Of a stretch of DNA of 64,000 nt, positions 14,721 to 29,109 are shown piece by piece. This stretch comes from Chamberlinius hualienensis (Eukaryota). Numbering within the stretch: the stretch's first letter is position 1; each line of letters starts with the position of its first letter. Both the position numbers and the translations under genes were made by a program. The stretch covers positions 87,335-151,334 of the forward strand of contig BAAGAE010000030.1 of the NCBI GenBank assembly GCA_054772095.1, written 5' to 3'. The notes beneath the pieces were generated by a model that was not told where the DNA came from, did not search any database, and saw only the letters and a program-made list of their open reading frames with translations.

Positions 14721-14742
14721 ATATATATATATATATATATTT
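14721..14742. repeat. (AT)11 microsatellite
   Basis: Direct reading. Confidence 0.9.
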
Positions 14743-16890
14743 ATTTTTTTTAACTTTATTTCAGTACTATAGAAAATTTAGTACGGCGAAATTTCCTTTT
14801 ATAATCTTCCGGTAACATTATATTTTCCTCATGCGTGAATTTTCATTTTTTTCTTCTTTTTGCATAATTTTGAGAAAATAAATTTGTTGTTAAAGGCAAT
14901 TACTATATTTAAATAAAACATTATAAATTTGTTAACACTTGAACTCAGAATTTTTTTTAATTTGGCAATTTTTGGATGAAACCTATTGATGGCAATTAAA
15001 ATAATTACGTGATGACCATTAAGCGTATCTTTAATGTGTCTGTGTAAACTTGTAAAGTATATCAACGACGTTAGCTATTATACTAGTATTGCTTTTCCAA
15101 TAAAAAGTATATCAAGTTTTCGATGCTTACTTTACACATATCTAAAGGACTATGATAATATACCGCTAATGGTGAAGTTTAGGTTGATTACTCTTAACAT
15201 TTTCTTAAACTAAAGCAAACAGACACAGTTTTCTTGAAGTTAAAAAGTAAAATGTCTTGGTATAAATACACATGACATGCGTATTTTCTCATCAAAATAC
15301 TGTATTTAAAAATGTGAAGGAATTTAGATAGTTTATCGATATTGAAGCTACACTATTGCGAAATATGACCTAGCCCCCCCCCCCCCTCCAGCTTTAGATC
15401 CTTGCTACGCCAATGGGCGTGCAACTACTGTATACCATTTGGAATTTTTAATACAACAAACAACTTAGCTTTCAAACAATAGTTTTCTCTGGTAGTCAAA
15501 ATAGTTAAGTTCTGAGAAAAATTGTATTATATTTTCTATATAGTACTTTCTATGAAACTAATGTAAACTTCACTTTCTAGTGTGCGGCTCTATTATCCGT
15601 TATCAGCCTAAGTTATTGATTATGGTATCTTTCCAGTCGATTTCAATATTGTCAACTCGACTTTATTTGGTGTATTGATTATCACTAGTGATATATTTCT
15701 TGTATACTTGAATGTTTCACTGTGTAACATATAACAGTACTCTACGGAATGTTGACTGTTTCGCTCCAGGTGTACGTGAAACTATTTCAGAAGAGTCGTG
15801 TGGTTAATATACAGTACAAGTATCTGATTACTAGGGTCTGGATTTTTATGATTATATCTAACTGGCATACGTTGTAGTTATATATAATTGTCTAGTCGAT
15901 TATGATAACTATTAATATATTATTGTTGTTTTTTTTTTTATATACCATTTTACAAATTCATGCCCTACTTCTAACCAATTTGTGGTGCACTTAATGCATA
16001 GTTTGAAATATTAAGAAATACGATAGGAAATGTTTTTGTTCTGTACTAAAATGTTGCAAATGTGAGAAATATGTGAAGCGATTATAATGTCGATTACTTG
16101 AAGTGCGATCTTTGTCGAGGATTAGTTTACGGGCAAAACAAAGATCACTGTAAAGTAAGTTTGAATTTGATTACTTCTAGGTAGTTTAGTATGTATTTTA
16201 ACATTGAACTAATTGGCATGACATTCATACAGACATATCATAAATTTGATTATTTTTTATTATCTAAAATAAAATCGTGTGTCAACCACGCCGTCGCAGA
16301 CGTCACACGACGTCATCTTGAAACACTTCTAACATGTAAAATTAAATAGTTATAATTGAAATATAATTATGCAACTACAATTGTTGTACCGTACAAAGTC
16401 CTTTTTTTTTTGAACAGAAAAATAGGCATGACTCGTTTTGTTGCGAATTTTGACTTATTGCGGTGATCCATAATCCTATCCTATAATAACTTGAGGCATG
16501 TCGGTAGTCGTAAATGCTCAATTTCGTCATTATTACAGATTTAACGCAGTAATTGGCCATTTTATTGCAACAAATTCACCGAATCTAGTTATAAAACGTC
16601 AAATGGCTCATCCATTTCCAATGCTGATTATTGAATAAGCAGCACTAGCACTTCATTGTTAAGTTTAACAGCCAATTCTCCGGTGCTATTAAATTTGTAT
16701 AGATTTTTATTAATGGGATCCATTGTATACTATACAAATGTTCTTACTAGGTCACCATAGAACCCAGTTGTGTTTCTCTCTATACGTAAATATTGAATAA
16801 TGATATTTAGTATTTGCATTTAGCTTTAAAATGCTGCTTGTGAAGCTAATCAATATGTTTATTGTTGTTTCCAATCGAAGCTTTTATCTC

Positions 16891-16904
16891 GGCAGGTGGC
16901 GCTG
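16891..16904. promoter_or_regulatory. CTCF-like motif GGCAGGTGGCGCTG
   Basis: Matches the CTCF core. Confidence 0.4.
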
Positions 16905-17021
16905 AACCATTTCTATTCAACCCACGAGTATATCATGCGTTTAATTCGTTTGTTAGGGCGTTACCAAATAGGGGTGGGAGTTGAAAAGAGTGAAGACAGT
17001 TTACACCACCGCTACCAACAT

Positions 17022-17035
17022 CGATATATCGATAA
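17022..17035. promoter_or_regulatory. 14-bp palindrome ATCGATATATCGAT containing a DRE-type TATCGATA
   Basis: Direct reading. The motif is the DREF/BEAF-32 CGATA class. Confidence 0.4.
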
Positions 17036-19029
17036 ATAATTCATGCTTTACTACTCTCTGTCTCTCTTACCAACTCCCATCAAATTTCATCTAAGGGGAA
17101 ATAAAAAGTGGGGAAGAAGAGGTTTTCCAATTTGAGAGGTGGGGGAAGTATGACAGAAATGGGAGCTCTGTTTTAGCATTTCATCGCCAGGGGGTGTGCT
17201 TTTTGCTAGGAGTAATTTGTAAGGTAGCAAGTTAGACCGCAAATGTAAAATAAATGGATGTTGCCAGAGCAAAGTGAAGGGCCGGCTTGGTTTGGTTGAT
17301 TGGTTGGTTGAACCAGATGACTAAGGGCAGATATATAAATGTGGATTGACTGTTATATCTATGTATGCAGTTTGTGTGTTTTCTCGTACACGCTAAGCTC
17401 TCGTATTACAATATAGTTGAACGTTTACACAAAAGCCAGAAAATCCCTCGTCTTTGCTCTGTAAACATATTTACTGTACAGTATATCGATTTGAGTCGGA
17501 AATATGAAACATATTGCACCGAATGTCAGGCCGGATAATGTCCACTTTATGTGTACAAACGGAAACATCTAAACAACGAGTCAAGTGGTTGCTTAGTTTT
17601 AGACTGCCAATAGTTTAGATTTTATTTTATTTATTTTTTTACAAATTCTTATTTTGTTTAAATGAATACTATGGTGGAATGGTTGTACAGTATATCTTAA
17701 ATCCTATAGAACACTTACTGTAGTTTTAGGGCATGTCCTTTTCATAACATTAATCTTTTGCGTGATTAATACGTTCTGAAATAAGGTTGAGAAATAGTAG
17801 TACGGTAGGCGTTTACTTCATGTTCTGTCTCATCCACTATATTTTTACAAGGATCAATAACCACTTAATTGTATACAATGCTTCAATTGGAAATCAAATC
17901 AAAAACATTTGCGTGAATTAGAGCCGAAAATTCTACAAGAGCATGACACAAGATGCTCAACGAAATTGTGTCAGTCATCTTTGGTTCCATATTTCGAAAG
18001 GTTTTGCGATCCTCTTTTTAAAAGATCGAAATTAATTAAAATACGAAATGGCACAGAATGATTCATGACTTACAGTAGTTGTCTTATTTATGGGGCATAT
18101 TGAGATGTCTAATTGTTTCGAATATCTAGCACAATAATAATTAATTGGTGTGTTTTTTTTTTGTTTGACTGATACTAAGTTCAAACTTTTAACTCGGGAC
18201 ATTATTACAGTGTCAATTTTTCAGCTTTTGTAATTTGACCAAAAAGACCTGTAACATTTGTGAATAACATTGGAAACCGTGTCACCACATCATAAATGAA
18301 CTGCACTTAATTTTTACATCTCTATACATTTCAACTGGTCTTGGTTTTGTCATTTATATTTGATTGAAATACATCATAAGCTATGTTAAATCTTTTATAT
18401 ATCTTAACGATTTGTTAAACTTCTTAAAATATATTAATTATAATTTGTAGCCCGAATTTAATGAGAACGTTTCTTATTGTCCTATTGTAAGAAATAGCCA
18501 TGTGTGACTAAATACTATTCATACAGTTATAGATTTCAGGGGTATAAGCGAAATGAATTTATGACATATTAGATAGCCATTTTTTGTATATTTTACACGT
18601 TAATGATCATTAAATCTGACAAAGCAATATGCATTTTTTTATATTTGCCACAAAAAAATGTAAGCGGATAACTGGTTCATTGTTGTGATCAATAGTAAAG
18701 CGCATGATACATTCATTTTCTTACGAGCACGCTTAATGTGAAAAATATCCACTTTATTAGTCATAAAAATGTGAATACTAATTTTGGGATTACTCGAACG
18801 CTACCATCAGAGTATGAAATCCGCTGTAAAAGTCATTAATAGTCTGAAGTGGCACTAGAATGATGGCTTCTTTGTAATTAAATGAAATAAACTCAATTAA
18901 TATTAGTACGTGAGTAATGAACTATAATTCGATTAGTGATGGCGTTGTAAGTGTTGCTTTCAGTTATTTATAATCACTGTATATTAATTGACTTACAGAG
19001 TTTAATTATTTTCTTTTTTTTAATTTTAG

Positions 19030-19056
19030 TGTGATAGTGAAAGTGAAGACGATCAG
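19030..19056 (+). CDS. AUTS2: AUTS2-family micro-exon (27 nt), peptide CDSESEDDQ
   Basis: Acceptor ttttag ends at 19029 and donor GTAAGT sits at 19057. Matches human AUTS2 CDSDSDQEE, and the phase is compatible with the flanking exons. Confidence 0.7.
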
Positions 19057-21012
19057 GTAAGTCTTTTAATATTTTTTAATTAATTTTAAGTTTGTACGTC
19101 GGTTCGGTATCGCTGCGATTTATCTTTAGAAATTCGACAGCACTGCATCGACCTGGTTGTTTCTCTTATAAGTGTATGTCAAGAACGTCGAGATCATGAA
19201 TACAGTATATAACATTTGTACCATTGCCATTGGTTACAATTAATCAATGAAGTTATGGATTGACCCGATCTATCATTATTGTTTGATTTCTTATTTTCAC
19301 TCAATTTCTAGCTATTACTGTAGATCAACATTGCCTCGTGTGTACTTTGTAAATACAGTACTTCAATACAACGTGGGTTTTTTTAATATTAGATATACTG
19401 TATATATTTTAATCATTTTGATTTCGAACGAGGTGGTGACGAAGTATCGGGGGTACTTGAAAAATTGAGGGATTTATAAGAGGAAATTAATAGTAAGCCT
19501 TCAAAGATAAGAAAAAGAAACCTCTTATGTTGAAGGGATATCTGTTGACTATAATGACAGCAGGCGATATAGTTGAGTTTTTTCAAGTGCTTGATAAAAT
19601 ATTGGAATATACTGTATATTTCTATATTCTTGTTATTGTTTCGTCGTTTACTCTCGTAAATCGAGTTTGTTAGTTTGGGGTATGAAGGAAATGGGGAACT
19701 GTGGAGATAGGCGTATCTTCTCTTCAAAATTTGTTCAACTACCATCAATAAATACAATCGTAAAAATAAAAGCAATTTTTTAAATGATATTGTACTGAAT
19801 TCGGTATATCGTTAGAAGTTTTTATATTTATTTTAAGTTACAGTCCGCTAGACTAATGAGTTTGATACTTCTGGATTAGGCACTCAAATTGTCTCTTAAT
19901 AGGCATTTAATCTTAAAATGTAAAAAAAAAAAACAAGTGGGCAAATATTTATATTAACTGTAGGTGAAAATATTTATCATAATGGAAATAATTGAGAGAT
20001 ATAAAATATCGATGTTTTCGATATTCCTGTCTTTGAATTGTACGTTATAAAAATTAGAAATAGATTAATTTATACTGTGAAATGAAAAAAAAAATAATTA
20101 ATGGTTTTGTGGGAATTTATTAAAGAGGGAAAGAAGTTTCTGGTAGACATCGTAGTCGATTATTTTGCCGACAGAAGGAGCCACCGTTGTACGTTAGACG
20201 CCATTTTTATGTAAGAAGAAAAATCGATTGAGTTAATTTTTTATTCAGCCAGTCTACGCTTTACTTTTTCTTTCAGAGAGTGTGGGTTGGGAAAGGGAGG
20301 AAGTTGTGCATGGATAATGTGACGCATGCGCACATCATGTTTCATTTTATGCAATGTTAGATATATAAACGTCGTATATACGTCGCTTTATTTTTCAATC
20401 CGTTTTGATCCACGTCTTATTTTTTTAAGTTTCTCCCTGTTTGAAGACGATGTTTGTTGAAGAAAAAAAAAGTCTTGAATAAGTGTGGGTGGTGATGGTA
20501 GGGATGGAGGTAAATAAAAAGGAAATAGCGATGAGGGTGATGGGTGGGAGGGGGGTTGGCTGAGTTGGTTGGTTGGAAGATGACTGAAGAATTTCGTAGA
20601 AATTGAGTTTTTTAAGTTGGAGAAGAAGAAAAAATGGAAATGGATTTTTACGCGCTCGCATCTTCCGGTTGTTTATTTTCTAGGTTTAAAAAGTATACAC
20701 ATATATACAGTACTCAACTCACTCAGTTATGGAGCACTGGGAGTACAGAATTCTATACAGTACTAAGAGCAGGAATAAGAAAGATGAGGGATGTAGCGCA
20801 GTTAGTGCAAACTCTGGGTGCCTCGATAAACTTAAATTAAATTTCTTGAGCAAATAAACATCAAATTTATTATATATGATTAATTGATGAAAAAGTTTAT
20901 GGCTTTAAATAACTTTTCTAAAAGTGGCATTAATTCTATTTAATGTTTTATTTGACATTCACTCTTTTTTTTCTTGGCCTGTAGTAAACATTTTAAAAAT
21001 ATATAGCGATGC

Positions 21013-21020
21013 TGACGTCA
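21013..21020. promoter_or_regulatory. Perfect CRE TGACGTCA
   Basis: Direct reading. It lies about 25 bp upstream of the MITE insertion at 21047. Confidence 0.5.
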
Positions 21021-21046
21021 TTTTATGTCAGAATGGGTTATACGTA

Positions 21047-21461
21047 CAGGGTGATTCGTCAGCCAGTTGCCAAATTTAAAGGTTATATAGGGTCAAAATA
21101 AGAATCAATTTCAAATAGGTCGCCCAAGTGATACAAGACTTTGATAGTTTCAAACAGTGGTATTATTTTTAAAAAATTTTATAAACGTTATAAATACTGT
21201 ATATACCGTATCTATTAATTATGATCATATTAAGAAAAATTTAAAATCGGTTCTTCTAAACGGAAAAAATTTGGAAATTTTCACTATTATTCTATGCCCC
21301 AAATTATCAAATACCTGTAGCCCACTAGTGACGGGTTTCATGTATTAAATGTCAAGTTTTAAAGTTCTGGTAAGTCGATGGGAACTCATTGGCTCTACCG
21401 AACTTGTGTATAGTGAATTTGAACTTCTTGTGTAAATACTAACTACAATAGATTCACCCTG
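21047..21461. mobile_element. Non-autonomous Tc1/mariner-type MITE (415 bp) flanked by TA target-site duplications. The termini are CAGGGTGATTC... and ...GATTCACCCTG.
   Basis: Inverted termini CAGGGTGAWTC at 21047-21057 and 21451-21461, each abutted by TA (21045-46 and 21462-63). The AT-rich interior has no transposase ORF. Confidence 0.55.
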
Positions 21462-22473
21462 TACAAGGGAAATGTTTTATTTGTTGATGCTTTTATGCAT
21501 TTATTTTGTAAGGGGGAGGGGGTGAATCGATGGAAAATCTTTATTTGACAGAAAATAATTTTGATTTTTCTTGTGAGGAGAAGAAAAAAATACTACTTCA
21601 ATATTTCATGTTGAGATCGAGATTTATATGTAGACTAAAAATAAATATCTACACTCATTTTTTTTTAAAGTTTAAAGTAAGAAAAAATAACAGAATAGAG
21701 AGAGAAAAAAAACATAGTGATTGAAAGATTTTTCTTTTATGTTTACGATGCTGGTGGGTGAGCGGTTAAATTATTGCTCTGGCAGAAACCGTATTATTGG
21801 GTTTAGGAGGCGAAAACGTTTGTTAAACCAAATGAAGCATTTGGTTACTCTGCGCACAGATGCAAAGATCAACGACAGTTTTTAAATGGGGCGTAAAATA
21901 TTTTATACATATAAAAAAAAAAAACTAAACAAAAAAAAAATACAAAATGTGGCGCATGTAATAATAATAAGATGGAAAGGAAGAGGCGAATGGAGTTTAT
22001 CACTTCCTTTTATATTTCCATTAGTCGTGTTTTTATGCTTTTTAAATATTTGATAACCGAACCCAGCGTTTTTATTTAGCTTTTGATGTTTTGGATTGTG
22101 ATGAAAGGTTTGTTTCCAACTCTTTTAAACTCAACTTTCCTACATGAATATAAAATGATTTATTGAAGTCTTATGCCATCGTGGGTGCTATATCAATTTT
22201 TTTGTGGTTTTTAATATATTTTCAAGCAAAAAAAAAATTATATGTATATTATATAAAATTTTAAGATATTGCATTTTGCCCACCTCCTACTTCTATGACA
22301 TACAACTTATTCGTGCGTCGCAATCTTTCGTTTTTAGATGCAAGCACTTTTAACATTTTTTTCAATATCTCAGTCAGCATCGGATGAAAAATTAAAATAA
22401 ATTGATCATTCTGATTTTTTTTTCGTCGTCCGTATTTGCTAGCGTTTTTGATAAATTGAAAGTCAAATCATGC

Positions 22474-22481
22474 TGACGTCA
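22474..22481. promoter_or_regulatory. Perfect CRE TGACGTCA
   Basis: Direct reading. Confidence 0.5.
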
Positions 22482-25400
22482 TAATTGTAATTAAAATCAA
22501 CGTATAAACGATTTAGAACGAGATCTTGACGGTTGCTAATAACGTCGATTTGTACCGTAACAAAGTCAATTGGTATTACAAGCTAATCGTTTGTGCACTG
22601 TTTTTGGTGTTATAACTTATTTATCGATCTGTTAACTTAATACTGTTCATCCACTACAAAAAAGGAACCGGTTAAATTTTCAGGCGTCTACCTGTAGTCT
22701 TACTGTATTTTGCCTATAGTTAAGTTGTTTCAGTCCACTTTAGAATAACCGGGTGACCGTTTTAGCTAGGTTATTCCTAGAAAAGTTATCCTGCTAAAAT
22801 TCGGTTATCCTGTTAAATAAATGTAGTTGGGTATTTTGAAAGAGCAAACTAGGTAGCTACTTCTTCTAGCTCTATTTGAGCCGCTACGTAAAATTACGTC
22901 AATACCAAAGAGTTACCTAGCTATCTATTTAACTTTAACTCGATAGTGGACGGACAGCATTAAATATCTCAACAACAAAAATGCTCACTCCAATTTTCAC
23001 AGCTTATTAATTTTGTCTTAATTGCAACAGCTTCTCTGTTTATTATCGCTTATACTACGTGTCTGCTACACAAAGATCTAGATAGCTAGCATCCAGATCT
23101 TTATTTTCGAGCCCATTTTAGCGGTGTGTCCACCGCGAAGGAAAGAAACGGGTTTTATTCGACATTTCTTAAATTAGAGCCAGTTTATTAAGCAATTAGT
23201 TGTTACCAAGATATAAATTTACTAATAGATCGATGATATCAGTGCCAACGTTTTTCTTTGAATTTGATGTACTTGAAATTATTATGTACTCGTAGGCAAT
23301 TTGAGTTCAATAAGACGTGTATCTAAGAACTCTTCGCGTTTATCTTAATATTCATTGTATTGGCAATTCATCTTGAGTAGAGGAGGCTTTTCGACATTTA
23401 ATACCAGTTGACATACAATTCTTTTTGCGATAAACGCACTTTGGTATAGTAAGCACTTTGTAATTTGGTACTAAATAATTATTTCGAGTTGTTTACAATG
23501 GACACTTTAATATGATATACGAGAAATGAGGACGCGAGTAGAAACTCTTCTTAAGAATATGTCAAAAGTACTGTACTCGTAATTTGCTTTTCTATGCCTG
23601 TTCATTTAATAATGTTTGATGCGGATTGCATTAGACACAACAAAATGACGTGACATTTACATCAGCTGTTTGTAAATTTGTCACTTAAGCTAATTGTACG
23701 TAATTGGAAGCAGAAAACGAAAAAGAAATTTTTTTTCTTTCTCCCTTCCATTGTTGTTTGGCTCGGAGAATATGTTACCCATAATCCTCCACTTGATGGA
23801 GTCACGCTGATTTAATTATCCTCTCCTTTCGACACACTTGGCTGATTTCGCGGCGCCCTCTAGCTTCATTTCTTCCACCAGGCGCCCTCTATATAATATC
23901 ATTGTTAGCAGCTTCAGATAACAATCGTTGGATGTCACGTTTCCAAATGACCGCCATTTATTTTAAATTGATTGTTTAGTCGACTGACACGAAGAAACTC
24001 AATTGGAAACAATCTACCATACTATGGTGGCTCACGATGAATAACATTTTTTTATTATTATTATTTAATTCTCTTTCCAAATCGTTACAATTAAGGAAGA
24101 GAGAAAAAGAGAATTATTATAAATTATGTAAATGAACTAAATTGTGCAAATGGAAATGGAAATGGTGAATTTTAAATGAGTAAATAATGGAAGCTTAAAA
24201 TTATCAACGTAAGCTTACTATACGATGGCTTTGAAAGACCTTGTCTACGATTAAATGATACGAATGTGGATAAAGATGCTAAAATATAAATTTGATTATA
24301 TAAATAAATTAGATTAAGAATATGATCGCTGAGGTCTGAACATTTGTAATGTGATCTTGTTGACTTTTCAATGTGAAAACTATTATTCGCATCACTAGAC
24401 GACATTTTGAGAAGGATAATAGACCATTGTAAAGACGGTTGTGTCGTGTAATGCCGACTTGTAGAAGTTATTTGTCAAGGCTTTCGCTTTTGTTGTTATC
24501 GAGCCCCTGTGTGCACCGCTTTATTTGTATGTGTTTTTGGCTTGATCTATATATACACGTATGGTGTGCACTGATGCCATTGTGTGCAAACAAAAATATC
24601 GGATGGCAAAAGCGTTGCATTCACACTACTAAACGCAAATACACATACATAAAACGACGTGGGGAAGATGGTTAGAGAGAGAGAGAATGAAAGAAAAATA
24701 AAATGGAGGGGGGTGGGTGTTTTTATAATAAATGACAGTTTTATGCATGCTAGTGTCGTAGAGTGCACCACTAGAGACCCATTTGCTCTTACATATCACT
24801 TCATTATTATTCACGTTTACATATATTTATCGTTGATGGTTTTGTATACATCACTGATAGCATTAAATTAATAGCGATTAATTATCAAAAGAAGAGAGAG
24901 AAAAAAAATTATATACCGCAGAGAATCGTATATATACATACAGTATAAAATGAATTAAATACTAGATGTAATTTTTTTTTCTGTTAATATATAAAGGCCT
25001 ATGAAGCATGGCAATGGCGTCGGGCACCCGGTGTTTTGCCAACCTATTTATTGTTTTCTTAATGCCTCCCCTGGTGACGTTTTGGTTAGATTTACTCTTG
25101 TGAATATATCTATGTGTAAATGTACACTGTAGGTGTTTGGTCGGTTTACAGGGTTTTCTCTTAGTGGGCAGGTGGGGGGGAGAATATCATTGGCACAACA
25201 ACACAAAAGGCGTTTTGTGTTTACGCTTCGTTGGAAGCGGCTATAATAAAATCGCCTTTACCTAGCGTTTGCGATGAGGGTTAACGTCGTCTGCTGCTAC
25301 GCTTTTACTTCTGTTGATATGTATGTATATATATATATAAAACGTTAATTTGTGATGTCGCACTGCGTCGATTATCGCTTTCATTAAACCAACGCATCCA

Positions 25401-25807
25401 GTTTAGTCCGTGGCCATCAAAAGTCTTTTATTAAATACCTAACACCTCCCTTCCTTCCCCACACGTAATACGCCATTCCCCAGCGCTCGCACAATTTGGA
25501 ATTTCCGGTCTGCGTTTAATTAACTTCCTTTTGTTACAGTTCATCTTAATGTAAAGCCATATTAGTGTCGGTGCGAGTTAATTAATGACAAATTATTAAC
25601 GTTTTTACCGCTCTTATAAGAAAGTCATGGTCTTTTGAATGCAGTATCGGTTAATTGGGGTGAATTGATGAGGAAAGTGTTTTAATATGGTTTTTTTATA
25701 ACGAAAGAGAGAGTTCGATTTGAGTTGAATAGAAGCTATTTAACCGTCGGATCTCGCTGTTAAGAAATTTTATTTGAAATTATTTATTTATCCCAAATAT
25801 AAACTTG

Positions 25808-26009
25808 GCGCCATTTTGATAGCGTCTGGTCTCATTTTATTTTAGCATCTACTTCCGTTTATCTAATTTATAATTAATATTATAAGACGATCTCGATAGT
25901 TTTATGCATTTTCTTCTGGCGTTTTTTTTATTATTACTTTTAAATCTGTTGCGTTGTGGAAGCAAAGCGATACACAAGTATATATTTAGTATTACCGCCG
26001 CCATTTTGA
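25808..26009. promoter_or_regulatory. Pair of Pho/YY1-like sites (GGCGCCATTTTG at 25808 and CCGCCGCCATTTTG at 25996) about 190 bp apart
   Basis: GCCATNTT is the YY1/Pho core. Both copies carry the same extended CGCCATTTTGAT. Confidence 0.4.
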
Positions 26010-26641
26010 TTCCATTTTATCGCCTCTTGTCTTTTGTTTTGAAGGGGTGGTTTGAACGGGGTTGTGATAAACTGCGTCGACATCCCTAACAATAAATATA
26101 CCCAGTTTACGACTATGGACCCAAAGGGACTTTTTCAAAAACGGCTTCTTCTCTCAACTTCATTCTATTCCTCCCCCCACCTCTTTTCCTATACTGTATA
26201 AGAAAGTACAGCACATATTCAGCATCACACACTCCACCCATCTCTTATGTGTGAGGGTGAGATTTATGAGCCAATAGCAGACGAGAGCGCCAACGCTATA
26301 AGGAGAGGGTTTATGATACTTTTATGACATCCGATCTAATACGAAAGCATTAGAATCCATTACAGTTAGATGTGATTGACTGATGCAGGGGCCGCTATGT
26401 GCTAGTCTATGCTTTACATCACTTTTTATATATCTCCACACGTCCACCCCCATGCCTCCACAACGGATAGTTACTATGGGGAAAGAGTGGGGGGTTAATC
26501 CCTTATGAATATATGTGTGTAATGGTAGTACTGTTTGTGGCGTTTTATTATCTTTCTATTTTTTTTTGTCTGCGGCCATTTTTGTCTTAAATCAGAAAGT
26601 TGGTCGATTCGAGTTTGTTGCTGAAATATCTGTAATCCGTT

Positions 26642-26657
26642 CAGCAGGTGGCGCCAC
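26642..26657. promoter_or_regulatory. CTCF-like motif CAGCAGGTGGCGCCAC, followed 18 bp later by the CRE half-site GTGACGTCC
   Basis: Direct reading. Confidence 0.4.
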
Positions 26658-27297
26658 ATTCTCCGGGTGACGTCCAACCACCTACATCAAACACATCTGA
26701 AGTTAAACGCTGACCTTTTATTGACTTTTGAATAACGTGTCACGTGAATATAAAGCGCCTTCTGGTGACCATCAACCGTGTTGTTTGGATTTTATGGTTT
26801 TGTGTGTACATTTTTTTTGTTGGTTTTGATGTGACACGTGATAGTGGGCGTGTGTGTGTGTGCTGAGGGGTCGATTACAGCACGTCTCCCTCGGGGGTTT
26901 AGTCGTATTAGTGTTTGTGATGGGTGATGGGTAGGCGTGGCTTTGAAAATTGATTGCGATGCGCTATTGGATTGGCAACATCGCTTGTAAATCCAAAGCT
27001 TAATGAAAAGTGACAACACAGCTTTCATGCTCTCTGCAACGCATGATGGGATATATACACCTCTTTCCTTTTCCTCATCTCTTTACATCATATCTCTTCT
27101 CCCACACTCTATTCTCTCTTTTCGATTTGAGATGACTACATTAAATAAATTGAAAAGTGATTTAGCATTTACTTAAAGGTGGAGTGAGAGCGTTAAGTGA
27201 CGGGGAACGTTCCAAAAGTTAAATTTGTCTGACTATTCATTATTCAGAAGACGTATTAAGAGAGAGCGTGTATCGATTGCTTGGGTTTCTTTTATTG

Positions 27298-27305
27298 TGA
27301 CGTCA
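27298..27305. promoter_or_regulatory. Perfect CRE TGACGTCA
   Basis: Direct reading. Confidence 0.5.
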
Positions 27306-28096
27306 TCGCGGTGTTGATAGAGTAAGAAAGAAGGGGGGGGGGGTTTGGGAAAGTAGTGGAAAGAAGAAAAAAAAAGGTGTTGGTAGATGTGAAAATCTCA
27401 CTTTTCCGGTTTATTGATTATCTCTTTCTCCTCTACATCATTCTGGATCCATCTTTTATCTCTCTTCGCTCTTCTTCCCAGATTTTTTTTACATGTTTTT
27501 TTTTCCTCACTATCTCATTCGGTCTATTGTAAAAAAATTTTTTGACGGTTAACCTAGATTTCCATTTTGATTTGGTTTCTTTTTTTTATTATTATTATTA
27601 TTTCAACACTTTTTTTTCTTTTTCCATCTTCTCAACTTTTATTCGCGGTCGGAATTTATTTTTCTTTTATTTATCGTTTTTTAAAAGAAGAAATGTGTTT
27701 GAAAAGCTATCGGTTAATATTATGTGCTGATGTCGTCATCACTTTTGACAAGCAGAAATGACACTCAAACCGGAGATTAGTTTGAATTACAATTGAAAAT
27801 AGTTTGCACGCAGAAGCAAAATTGGCAGGGAAGAAAAACTTACAGTATTGATGTAGTACACGTTCCCTCTTTACTTTCCTGATTAACGGATTTTTCATTT
27901 TTAGAAGTAAATCGTTATCTTAAAACTTGTATGATAATTGTTATCATATTGATAATCATATAAATGTATATTTGCAATAATAATATAATCATCATCATCA
28001 TAAACGTAAATCTTTTATTATTAGAATGATAAATGATTATTATTAGCATTTATCCAAATTGATTAAAAGGTCAAAGTTGTCGTGAAAGCTACCAAG

Positions 28097-28104
28097 TGAC
28101 GTCA
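28097..28104. promoter_or_regulatory. Perfect CRE TGACGTCA
   Basis: Direct reading. Confidence 0.5.
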
Positions 28105-29046
28105 ACGTTGCTGGCTTTTAGTTCCTATTAATTTGTGAATATTTCTAGGATTAAAGACATATGAAATAATGTATAAAATATTGAAGCAGAGCATCAATAA
28201 TAAATATAGTGCGATTTACTTGTCAATTTAAACTCTTTGCTTGCCATTATTATTATTTTTTTCTTTGTTCGGGGGTTTTATTTTTCTTAGAAATTTTCTA
28301 CTGCACGTCTCTTATGAAGACGAGGGAAAAAATGAATTTTGATATGAAATATTTTATTCTGTTTTATGCATATTTAATGTACGCCATCTTGTATTATATG
28401 GCTGTTGTGTATTTTTTATGAACCTAGCAACGCAGCTATCACATCTACAAATAGAAAAATGGGGAGCAGGTTGAAAGGGGTGATTGGGGGAGAAGAGGAA
28501 GGAGGGCATGGAAGAAATGCAGAAATTGATTTGCTAGACAAATTGATTTTTAGCAATTTTACTTGCATTTGCTTTTTAAAATAAACTTCTTTACCCCATA
28601 ATATATTTTCTCTTCAATTGAAAATGTGCATTTTTTTTTATAGCTTTGCAACAACATTTCTTTCTAGCAGTTTTAATGTAAACATAAACATTTAATAAAA
28701 AAAAATTATTATAACGGTAAAGAATATTTTTTAGTTATTTCTTTTTTTTTAAATTAAAATTTACAATCAAAATAACTTCAAGTAAAATTGCATGGAAAAC
28801 TAAAAACATACTTGAAATCAATGGAAGGTTTTTAATTAAAATACCTACTATATATGCCAAGTGAAACAAAATACTAACTAAACTATACTGTACCTCCTCC
28901 CCCCAAAAAATATCCTTTTATTTCTTTGTAAATAACAGATGAGAGAAGATGAAAAATTGGCAGACAGACTTAATTAATTTTATATGAGATTGATCGGGAA
29001 TGTATGCGTCGGAGAATAAAAATCTTTACATATTCAAATTGTTTAT

Positions 29047-29054
29047 TGACGTCA
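29047..29054. promoter_or_regulatory. Perfect CRE TGACGTCA
   Basis: Direct reading. It lies about 55 bp upstream of the transposon at 29110. Confidence 0.5.
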
Positions 29055-29109
29055 TCGCCAATATAAAAAATTAAATGTGAAAGGAATTGAATTTACCAAG
29101 AACTTTATA

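Noticed and set aside
26590-26612. tRNA T-arm-like GGTCGATTCGAG
   Set aside because: No acceptor-stem or D-arm complement and no A/B box spacing is present. It is not a tRNA.
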